A stretch of DNA of 64,000 nucleotides from Chloroflexia bacterium (GTDB taxonomy: Bacteria; Chloroflexota; Chloroflexia; Thermomicrobiales; CFX8): NCBI GenBank assembly GCA_030431755.1, contig JAUIIK010000001.1:42184-106183 (forward strand), read 5' to 3'. Below the pieces are notes generated by a model. The model was not told the origin of the DNA, ran no database searches, and was given only the letters and a program-made list of their open reading frames with translations. Shown one piece after another: positions 1-7,387 of the stretch. Numbering within the stretch: position 1 is the stretch's first letter; each line of letters begins with the position of its first letter. A program made the translations under genes and the position numbers.

Positions 1-107
1 ATAACTACGGCATCATGGCTATTCGCAATGAAGTCAGAAACTTCGGGCCGAACACAACGCTCTTTGAGCTTGAGCCTGAATTCACCAACTGCTGGCTAGA
101 GAGCTAG
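1..107 (+). CDS. 3' end of a gene cut by the window edge; by context probably the solute-binding protein of the downstream Dpp/Opp-type ABC importer
   Basis: Frame 3 is open from the window edge to TAG at 105-107 (..NYGIMAIRNEVRNFGPNTTLFELEPEFTNCWLES*). It lies directly upstream of two DppB/DppC-like permease genes. Product is contextual only. Confidence 0.35.
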   Translation, partial: NYGIMAIRNEVRNFGPNTTLFELEPEFTNCWLES

Positions 108-163
108 CACAACGTGGATGCGCGGCGGGATCCCGCCGGCCTTGCACGGCGGCCCGGCGCGTA

Positions 164-219
164 GGTTGTGAACGGCGCAGCTCGCTGGCTACATCCACCG
201 GCGGCTGCGCCGTTCACAA
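164..219. repeat. Perfect 17-bp inverted repeat (GTTGTGAACGGCGCAGC ... GCTGCGCCGTTCACAAC) with a 22-nt loop; REP-like hairpin in the leader of the permease genes
   Basis: Arms read directly at 164-180 and 203-219. The CACAACG / GGTTGTGAA motif recurs at 108-114, 163-171, 214-220, 2278-2284 and 2295-2303. Confidence 0.6.
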
Positions 220-380
220 CGCAACCGCAGACCGATATGATGGCAGGTGAACGCAAGTGCACATGAGCGGCGTCACGGCAACCAGGGTTCGCGTTTCGTG
301 CGTGCCTCGGTTGCCGGCGGCACACCGAGAGGCGGAGTGCAGTTGACCGGGACGAGCAAACGAGCTGATGGAGCAGCGCA

Positions 381-1331
381 ATGACGGCATACATTCTGCG
401 CCGGATCGCGTTGATGGCTCCGGTGCTAATCATCGTAGCCGTCATCATCTTTTCTCTGATTCACATCACTCCCGGTGATCCTGCCGCCGTGATGGCGGGG
501 GAGGAGGCCACCCAGCAGCAGGTCGAGGAGATGCGCGAGCGTCTCGGCCTGAACGAGCCGATCTACATCCAGTTCATCGAGTGGACGGCCAATGCGTTGC
601 GGTTGGACTTCGGTGAGTCGATCTTCCTGCGTCAATCGGTGTCGAGCGCGATGGTGGAACGAGTGCAGCCTACGCTGCTGCTAACCATCTACTCTCTCAC
701 GCTGGCGATGTTGATCGCTATCCCGTCGGGCGTGATCGCCGCGGTTCGGCGTAACTCCATCGTGGATCGCATCCTGATGGTGTTCGCCATCGGTGGTGCC
801 GCCGTGCCGAACTTCTTCTTTGGGATCGTGCTGATCCTCCTGTTCGCCGTGATTCTTGGCTGGCTTCCGGCGGGCGGCTACGTCGACATCGACGACGATC
901 CGGTTCAGCACTTCAGGCGCATGATACTGCCGTCCGTGACGCTCGGCTTTGCCGCGGCGGGTCTGCTGGCCCGGATGGTGCGCTCGACGATGCTCGATGT
1001 GCTCAATGAGGACTACGTGCGGACGGCGTATGCCAAGGGGCTGCGTCAGAATCGCGTCGTCCTGCTCCACGCCCTTCGCAACGCAATGATCCCGGCGATG
1101 ACGGTGCTCGGCATCTCGTTGGCCGGTTTGCTCGGAGGTTCAGTCGTCATCGAAACGGTCTTCAGCTTGCCCGGTATGGGCAGGCTCGTCGTCCAAAGCA
1201 TCCAGCGGCGCGACTACCCGGTTATTCAAGGGGTTGTGCTTGTGACCGCCGTCATCCAGCTCGTTGTCATGCTCCTCATCGATGTGTTGTACGTCTATGT
1301 AGATCCGAGGGTCCGCTATGGTTCTGACTAG
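381..1331 (+). CDS. ABC transporter permease, DppB/OppB-like (peptide/nickel family)
   Basis: 316-aa polytopic ORF with N-terminus MTAYILRRI.. typical of DppB/OppB. It has the conserved permease loop (YVRTAYAKGL..RVVLLHALRNA) and overlaps the next permease gene by 14 nt. Confidence 0.9.
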   Translation: MTAYILRRIALMAPVLIIVAVIIFSLIHITPGDPAAVMAGEEATQQQVEEMRERLGLNEPIYIQFIEWTANALRLDFGESIFLRQSVSSAMVERVQPTLLLTIYSLTLAMLIAIPSGVIAAVRRNSIVDRILMVFAIGGAAVPNFFFGIVLILLFAVILGWLPAGGYVDIDDDPVQHFRRMILPSVTLGFAAAGLLARMVRSTMLDVLNEDYVRTAYAKGLRQNRVVLLHALRNAMIPAMTVLGISLAGLLGGSVVIETVFSLPGMGRLVVQSIQRRDYPVIQGVVLVTAVIQLVVMLLIDVLYVYVDPRVRYGSD

Positions 1332-2241
1332 ATCACAGGAGCAGTTGGCGGATCTCGCCGGAGGGGAGCATCAGCGGCGCTTCAGCCTCTCGTCGATTCC
1401 GCCCTCATCGCGCTATTACTGGATTCGCGTACTGCTGGAGAATCCGGCTGCGCTGGCCAGCCTGATCTTCCTTAGCACAGTCATCATCCTTGCCGTCTTC
1501 GCGCCGCTCGTGACATCCTACGCTCCGACCTTTGTCAATCCCGTATCGCGGCTCCAGGGGCCGTCAGCCGACTACTGGTTCGGGACCGATACACTCGGGC
1601 GCGATGTCTTCAGCCGCTCGGTCTATGGCGCGCGCATCTCGTTGCTCGTTGGTGGAGCGGTCATGTTCGGCGCAGGCTTTCTCGGCTCTGCCTTTGGGCT
1701 TGTCGCCGGCTACTATGACCGCGCCGACACGCCGATGATGCGGGTTATGGACGGTTTTGAGGCCTTCCCGGGGATTCTCCTGGCGATCGCGATTATGGCC
1801 TCGCTCGGGGCAGCGACGCGCAACGTCATCGTTGCCTTGATCATCGTCTTTACGCCCAACGTCGCGCGGCTCATGCGCGGCACGACGCTCGTGACCAAGC
1901 GCCAGCTCTACATTGAGTCGGCGCGGGCGATTGGGATGCGCGACCATGCCATCCTGCGCAAGTACGTCTTCATGAACTCGCTATCGCCCTTGATCGTCCA
2001 GTGCACCTTTGTCGTGGCGTTCGCGATTCTGGCCGAGGCGTCGCTGTCGTTCCTCGGCGCGGGTGTGCCGGCCGGCACGGCGACCTGGGGCAACATGGTC
2101 AGCGAAGGTCAGACCTACTTACAGCGCGCCTGGTGGATGGTCTTGTTCCCCGGCCTGCTGCTATTCATGACCGTGATGGCGATCAATCTCATCGGCGACG
2201 GACTCCGCGACGCGCTTGACCCGCGCTCGCGAGATCGCTAG
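1318..2241 (+). CDS. ABC transporter permease, DppC/OppC-like
   Basis: 307-aa polytopic ORF with motifs GTDTLGRDVFSR and ESARAIGM typical of DppC/OppC. Coupled to the upstream permease. Confidence 0.9.
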   Translation: MVLTRSQEQLADLAGGEHQRRFSLSSIPPSSRYYWIRVLLENPAALASLIFLSTVIILAVFAPLVTSYAPTFVNPVSRLQGPSADYWFGTDTLGRDVFSRSVYGARISLLVGGAVMFGAGFLGSAFGLVAGYYDRADTPMMRVMDGFEAFPGILLAIAIMASLGAATRNVIVALIIVFTPNVARLMRGTTLVTKRQLYIESARAIGMRDHAILRKYVFMNSLSPLIVQCTFVVAFAILAEASLSFLGAGVPAGTATWGNMVSEGQTYLQRAWWMVLFPGLLLFMTVMAINLIGDGLRDALDPRSRDR

Positions 2242-2321
2242 CCGACGGCGAGCGCGGCCCGCTTAGCTAGCAAATTACACAACGCTAGCCGGCGGGTTGT
2301 GAAGCGATCGAGAACAGCGCT

Positions 2322-2395
2322 GTCGGGGTGGAGTTCATCTCCACCCGGTTTTGTATTCGGTCCCACAGCCCGGTGGAGATGAACTCCACCCCGAC
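2322..2395. terminator. Composite palindrome: two 24-nt arms in perfect inverted orientation, each arm itself a hairpin (GGGTGGAG-TTCAT-CTCCACCC). The left sub-hairpin is followed by GGTTTTGTATT, so it is a likely intrinsic terminator of the permease operon.
   Basis: Arms at 2322-2345 and 2372-2395 are exact reverse complements, with a 26-nt loop. A T-rich tract follows the left sub-hairpin on the plus strand. The site lies in a convergent intergenic region. Confidence 0.5.
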
Positions 2396-2451
2396 AATTC
2401 ACGAGACGCAGCCGTCCGTAATGTAGTGCGAGCACCTGGACAGCGGCATAC

Positions 2452-2480
2452 GCAAATGACGCCCTCGTTCGAGGGCGTCA
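2452..2480 (-). terminator. Intrinsic terminator-like hairpin downstream of hup
   Basis: TGACGCCCTCG/CGAGGGCGTCA stem at 2457-2480, followed on the minus strand by ATTTGCG. It lies 36 nt after the hup stop. Confidence 0.55.
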
Positions 2481-2515
2481 TTCTGATTCCGTTGCTGCGT
2501 GGTTGACCGTCTGGT

Positions 2516-2794
2516 CTAGCTCTCCGAGACCGCGCGCTTGAGCTGCGTGCCGGGCCGGAAGCGCGGTGTCTTGCCGGCTGGAATCTGCATCGGCTCGCCG
2601 GTCTGCGGGTTACGACCCTCACGGGCGGCGCGTTCGGTGATCCCGAAGGTGCCGAAGCCGGTGATCGTAACGTCTTCGCCGCCGGAGAGGCTTTCGACGA
2701 TCGTGTCGAATGTCGCGTTCACGAACTCGCCGGAGAGCGACTCAGGCTGCTTCGTCCTGCGAGCGACCTCTTTAATCAGGTCTTGCTTACGCAT
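2516..2794 (-). CDS. hup: HU family DNA-binding protein
   Basis: 92 aa with the GFGTFGITERAAREGRNPQTGEPMQIPAGKTPRFRPG arm motif typical of HU/IHF. Confidence 0.9.
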   Translation of the reverse strand: MRKQDLIKEVARRTKQPESLSGEFVNATFDTIVESLSGGEDVTITGFGTFGITERAAREGRNPQTGEPMQIPAGKTPRFRPGTQLKRAVSES

Positions 2795-2922
2795 AGATTT
2801 CCCCCTGTTCTTGGCAGTATCGTCGGGACATAAGATTTCTGCGTCCCGAAACGTATGTCAACGGGCCGGACTATAGCACAGTTTTCGCATGTTTTCCCAT
2901 AAAATCGGCATACGTACGGAGT

Positions 2923-3726
2923 CTATTCAGGGGCACAATCACGGATAGCTTCGAAGAGCAGCACCGCCGCGGCCGCTGCGACATTGAGTGATTCGATGCC
3001 TGGTGCCATCCGGATGCGGACATGCTCGGTCGCTATCGCAGACCATTCTGCGCTCGGCCCCGACGCCTCGTTGCCCAACACGAGGATGTACGGGACTTGC
3101 CAGTCGAAAGCGGTGTGCGGCGTGCCTGTCGAGCTGTCGGCAAGGATGATCCGCCGCGGAAACCCGGCGAACTCGGGCGCGGCCAGCGCCTCCGGTGATG
3201 ATACCGGGATGATGGGCAGCGCGGTGAACTGCCCGCTGGTGGCGCGGATGACCTTTGGGCTGTAGGGGTCGACAGTACCTCTTGACATAAGTACCGCATC
3301 CACGCCCGCCGCTCGGCACGATCGTAGGATCGATCCCAAGTTACCAGGGTCCTGGATGCCGTCCAGCGCAATGACCGATTTGGGCGTTTGCGGCGGCGAT
3401 GGGTCGTGCATCTCGAAGACGCCGATAGCGGGCTGGGCTGTCTCGACATCGGAGAGCTCGGCGTAGAGCACCGGGTCGACGGCAAGCACAGGGGCGTCCG
3501 CGCGATGGGCCGCGTAGACGATCTCATCCGGCACGTCAGCGAAACGGGATGCATCGATCAAAAGCCGGCTGAGGCGGCTGCCGTGATCGAGCAGGCTCGC
3601 GATGGAGCGCATGCCCTCCGCGACGAAGAGCCGTTCGCGGTAACGCGCCGCGCGGCGTTGAAAGAGAGAACGCACCAGCCGGACTGTTGGATTCGTCCGG
3701 CTGGTGATCGTATCAATGGTGTTCAT
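2923..3726 (-). CDS. TrmH/SpoU family RNA 2'-O-methyltransferase
   Basis: 267 aa with SpoU motifs (DGIQDPGNLGSILRS, LVLGNEASG, ESLNVAAAAAVLLFE). Confidence 0.85.
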   Translation of the reverse strand: MNTIDTITSRTNPTVRLVRSLFQRRAARYRERLFVAEGMRSIASLLDHGSRLSRLLIDASRFADVPDEIVYAAHRADAPVLAVDPVLYAELSDVETAQPAIGVFEMHDPSPPQTPKSVIALDGIQDPGNLGSILRSCRAAGVDAVLMSRGTVDPYSPKVIRATSGQFTALPIIPVSSPEALAAPEFAGFPRRIILADSSTGTPHTAFDWQVPYILVLGNEASGPSAEWSAIATEHVRIRMAPGIESLNVAAAAAVLLFEAIRDCAPE

Positions 3727-3747
3727 GTTGGATTGTATCGGCGTTGG

Positions 3748-4101
3748 CTAGAGCGCTGCCTTGGCAACTGAGACGTATTCGCCAAATGCATCGGGATCAC
3801 GCACCGCGAGGTCGGCGAGGATCTTGCGGTCGATCGCGACGCCCGACTTGTTCAGCCCGTTGATGAACTGGTTGTAGGGTAGGCCATGTTCGCGCGCGGC
3901 GGCATTGATGCGCTGAATCCAGAGCCGGCGCATCTGGCGCTTGCGGGCGCGCCGGTCGCGGTAGGCGGTTGCGTCGGCGCGCATGACGGCTTCATTGGCG
4001 CGCTTGAACAGACGTTTGCGTGTGCCGCGGAACCCTTCTGCGCGCTTGAGTACTTTGCGGTGTCGGCGGTGGCTCGTCACGCCGCGCTTGATGCGTACCA
4101 T
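3748..4101 (-). CDS. rplT: 50S ribosomal protein L20
   Basis: [26 protein letters not shown].. is a canonical L20 N-terminus. 117 aa. Standard infC-rpmI-rplT order. Confidence 0.97.
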   Translation of the reverse strand: MVRIKRGVTSHRRHRKVLKRAEGFRGTRKRLFKRANEAVMRADATAYRDRRARKRQMRRLWIQRINAAAREHGLPYNQFINGLNKSGVAIDRKILADLAVRDPDAFGEYVSVAKAAL

Positions 4102-4135
4102 CGGTTGCGTCCTCTCTCAGGAAGTCGTGAACGGG

Positions 4136-4339
4136 CTACTTGACGCCGTACGGGAGCAGGCGCTTGATACGCTTGCGGTCCTGCGGCGCAACCTCGTGCA
4201 TCTTGTCGAACATCCGCTTGGTGCGCTTGGCCTTGCGGCGCCGAAAGTGAGATTTCATGCCTTTGGCGCGCATGACTTTGCCCTTGCCGGTGATCTTGAA
4301 TCGCCTGGCTGCGGCCTTGTTGGTCTTCATTTTTGGCAT
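4136..4339 (-). CDS. rpmI: 50S ribosomal protein L35
   Basis: MPKMKTNKAAARRFKITGKGKVMR.., 67 aa. GAGGG Shine-Dalgarno upstream. Confidence 0.95.
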   Translation of the reverse strand: MPKMKTNKAAARRFKITGKGKVMRAKGMKSHFRRRKAKRTKRMFDKMHEVAPQDRKRIKRLLPYGVK

Positions 4340-4376
4340 GATAACCTGCCCTCATCGTGATTACTGCGGCACTCAA

Positions 4377-4400
4377 ACGGCACCGCACAAGCGGTGCCGT
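4377..4400 (-). promoter_or_regulatory. Perfect 10-bp stem hairpin (ACGGCACCGC-TTGT-GCGGTGCCGT, then TTTGAG) between infC and rpmI; possible attenuator or L20 operator mimic
   Basis: Read directly from the sequence. It lies in the 120-nt infC-rpmI spacer. The T-run is only 3 nt, so it is weak as a terminator. Confidence 0.35.
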
Positions 4401-4459
4401 CTGTTGCGACCTCTAATGATAGCAGCCGGGCGCGACGAACGCTATGGTGTCATTGCGGG

Positions 4460-5005
4460 TTAGGCTTCCTCGTCGACTTCCATGGCCACGGCATCGGGGT
4501 CGGGACTGAGCAACATCGACATGTCCCGGCCCTCCGAACGCGGCATCTGGTCCACCTGGGCAATATCGTCAAGCATGTCAATAACGCGCATGAGAAGTTC
4601 ACGCCCAAGATCGCGATGCAGGTTCTGGCGGCCGCGGAAGCGGACCGATACCTTGACCTTGTCGCCGTTGCTGAGGAACTTGCGACCGTGGCGTACCTTG
4701 GTCTCGAGATCGTGGGTGTCGATATTCGGCGTGAACCGAATCTCTTTGACCTGCGCCTGCTTCTGCTTCTTCCGCGCTTCCCGCTCTTTACGGCTTTCCT
4801 CGTAGCGGAACTTGCCGTAGTCCATGAGCCGGGCAACGGGCGGGTTGGCGTTTGGCGCAACCTCGACCAGATCAAGGCCCTTATCTCGGGCAGCCTGCAG
4901 CGCCTCCACTGTCGGGACAACGCCGAGCTGGTTGCCTTCTTCGTCGATCAGACGTACTTCTCGGATGCGGATGCGTTCGTTGACGCGCGCCGTTCTGGAG
5001 CTTAT
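4460..5005 (-). CDS. infC: Translation initiation factor IF-3, with proposed non-canonical ATA start
   Basis: The track ORF (4460-4909) lacks the conserved N-domain. The same frame stays open upstream and reads ISSRTARVNERIRIREVRLIDEEGNQLGVVPT.., a typical IF-3 N-terminus. No ATG/GTG/TTG occurs in that stretch. ATA at 5005-5003 sits 5 nt after GAGGAGG (5017-5011). Confidence 0.85.
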   Translation of the reverse strand: MSSRTARVNERIRIREVRLIDEEGNQLGVVPTVEALQAARDKGLDLVEVAPNANPPVARLMDYGKFRYEESRKEREARKKQKQAQVKEIRFTPNIDTHDLETKVRHGRKFLSNGDKVKVSVRFRGRQNLHRDLGRELLMRVIDMLDDIAQVDQMPRSEGRDMSMLLSPDPDAVAMEVDEEA

Positions 5006-5086
5006 CGAGTCCTCCTCATGGTCTCAAGCACTGGGTACAACAAGTCACACGTTGTTGTTTCGCGTGTGTCTAGAATAACAGATACG

Positions 5087-7387
5087 TCAATACACCTCAA
5101 TCGCTGCCGCCAGAACCGGGTCGCCGGCACGTGCCAGGATCGTTGTCTGACCCTCCTGAAACGCAATCTGCCAGCCCAGCTCCTCAAGCGCCGCCACCTG
5201 CTGGGGACCGCGCGCGACAAGCTGCTCACAATCAGCGGAGGTGGAGCGTTCGATCACGCCCATGACGATGAAGCGGGGTTCGATGCCGTTCGGAGTTGGG
5301 CCCGGAGCGCCATTGAGCCAGCTCTGAGCCAACTGGTCTCGGCCACCAATCGCGAGTGTCAGGTCGGTGAATTCGCCGCGCCGCCACTGGCGTTCATGAT
5401 TGGCCCAGCCGAGCATCGTCGGGACGCCGGTGAACGCCGAGAAGCGGTTCATGGGCACGCCGCCGAGCGATTGATAGGCGCATCCCGGCGCTTCAACGAT
5501 GACGTCGCCTGCGCCGGCTTCGGACGCCAGCCATGCAACCGCCGCGGCTTCACCTGGGTTCGATTGCGCGAGATAGGCCGAGCCATCGAGGGTTCCGGAC
5601 ACCACGCCCATGTCCATCCAGTCCTCGGCCGAGAGCACAGCGTATGGCATGGAGACGAGCACGGCGACGACGATTGCCACGGAGCCGGCTCGACGAAAGA
5701 TGGCGCGGTTGCTTGCAGCGACGATGGCGAGGCTCGCCGCGCTCGCGACGCCGAGGAGTATCCACGCCTGGAAGTTCAGCTTGAAGACGGTGTTCATGCG
5801 GCTGCCAAACGAGTCCTGGATGTAGAGGAACTCCGGAACCAGCGCCAGCGCAAAACCGGCGGCAAAGAGGCCGGCGACGATCCGCGCCGGTTGGCGTGTG
5901 TCCCAGACGGAGACCGCGAGGAGGAACGCGCCAGGAATTCCGAGCAACACAAGCGCCGGTGCCCAGGCGATTGCCAACGCGAGGACCACGAGTCCAGCGG
6001 GCACTACGTATGGGATGAGGCCTGCCGTCCTGCTTGCCAGCGTCTCCGACGTGCGGAACACCCAGGCTGAAAAGACGCAGGCGCTGACGATCCACAGGCC
6101 GTGTACCGTCAGCAGCTCCGTGGCCGATGACGGCCGCCAGGTCACAATGGCGATCGTGTCGGGCAACGTACCGAGGACCGGGATGCGCGCGAACCACGCC
6201 GGCACGTCATTGGTTGCAACGCCAACCGGGGCGGTGTAGTGGATAGCAAAGGGCAGCGCGGCAACGGCAGCGCCGGCCAACGCCGCGCCGGCTCGCAGCA
6301 ACAGCTCCTGGTTCAGCGACTTGATGGCGAGCGCCAGCGCGCCAAGTACGACGACAACGCCGACTGGCGCGTCCCAGCTATTCGAGGCATAGAGTAGGCC
6401 AGCGCTCGCGCCGACGGCCGCCACGCGCTGGTAGCTGCACCAGGCACGGCCCGCGGCAAGTCCAGTAGCCAACACAACCACGGAGAGCAGCATTGGCAAC
6501 GTCGTCAAATGCGGGTGAAGGTCGCCGAGGACGAAAGAGAAGGCGGGAAACTCGTTGATCGTGTCAACCGCGTCCGGGTTGCCGTTGATGCCCGTGTCCG
6601 AAATGACGCGGCTCGCCTGCCAACCGACGCCGTCCCACCAGCCGGCCGAGACCGTAGCCGACGGGTCGCGCACGAGCCTGACGAAGGTCTCGAGATTGCC
6701 GGCGACGCCGACGAAGAACGCGGCCAACGCGCCGGCAACCCAGACAGCTGTCGAGGTGAGACGCGCTCGCTCGGCCAGCCATGCGCCGAGGCCAGCGGCG
6801 CAGGTCAATGTCGAGGCGAAGATACTGGCAAGCATGAGATTGAAAGCGACGGCAGTCTCGACCCGGCTGAGGTGGACGAGCGTTGCAACGGACTGGTAGC
6901 CAAAATAGTAGTAGTTGATTGGTGATCCGGCGAACCAGGGATCCGGCGCGGGCACGTCGCTGGAGATCACGACGGAGTTGAGCAGCGCGATCTCCATTGG
7001 TTTCTCGGTAAACGCGATGTCGGGATTCGCCACCCGGAAGACGACATATCCCAATATTCCAAACAACCACAAACCTTCAAACAGAACGATCGCACGCCAC
7101 TCAACCAGAGCGGGCGAACCGTCTCCGTGCTGGCGCACATGCGCCGCCCACGCCACAACACCAACAACCAGCGCTGCCACGCTGACTGTCGTGGTGTTGA
7201 AGGGTACGCCGAGCAACGCTGCTGGCCACCAGACGACGAATGTGGCCAGTGCCAGTCCAACGGGTCGCAGGAGCGCGTGCCGGTACGGGCCGAGCCCTGC
7301 CGCCATCCACCAGACGACGGGCGCAAGGGCGACGGTTATCAGGCTGTACGCGAGCCACCAGCGCAGGACCGCCTCAGCAACGCTCAT
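5087..7387 (-). CDS. DUF2298 / 'Chlor_Arch_YYY' domain polytopic membrane protein (GT-C-like candidate)
   Basis: 766 aa with many TM segments. Motifs: SPINYYYFGY, INEFPAFSFVLGDLHPHL, RMNTVFKLNFQAW. There is a C-terminal soluble domain. ATGA overlap with the upstream paralog (7384-7387). Confidence 0.85.
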   Translation of the reverse strand: MSVAEAVLRWWLAYSLITVALAPVVWWMAAGLGPYRHALLRPVGLALATFVVWWPAALLGVPFNTTTVSVAALVVGVVAWAAHVRQHGDGSPALVEWRAIVLFEGLWLFGILGYVVFRVANPDIAFTEKPMEIALLNSVVISSDVPAPDPWFAGSPINYYYFGYQSVATLVHLSRVETAVAFNLMLASIFASTLTCAAGLGAWLAERARLTSTAVWVAGALAAFFVGVAGNLETFVRLVRDPSATVSAGWWDGVGWQASRVISDTGINGNPDAVDTINEFPAFSFVLGDLHPHLTTLPMLLSVVVLATGLAAGRAWCSYQRVAAVGASAGLLYASNSWDAPVGVVVVLGALALAIKSLNQELLLRAGAALAGAAVAALPFAIHYTAPVGVATNDVPAWFARIPVLGTLPDTIAIVTWRPSSATELLTVHGLWIVSACVFSAWVFRTSETLASRTAGLIPYVVPAGLVVLALAIAWAPALVLLGIPGAFLLAVSVWDTRQPARIVAGLFAAGFALALVPEFLYIQDSFGSRMNTVFKLNFQAWILLGVASAASLAIVAASNRAIFRRAGSVAIVVAVLVSMPYAVLSAEDWMDMGVVSGTLDGSAYLAQSNPGEAAAVAWLASEAGAGDVIVEAPGCAYQSLGGVPMNRFSAFTGVPTMLGWANHERQWRRGEFTDLTLAIGGRDQLAQSWLNGAPGPTPNGIEPRFIVMGVIERSTSADCEQLVARGPQQVAALEELGWQIAFQEGQTTILARAGDPVLAAAIEVY

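Noticed and set aside
4394-6070. 558-aa plus-strand ORF, the longest ORF in this region of the track
   Set aside because: It runs antisense to infC and to the DUF2298 gene, both of which carry strong family motifs. Its Arg/Gly/Ala/His-rich, motif-free translation is typical of shadow frames in high-GC DNA.
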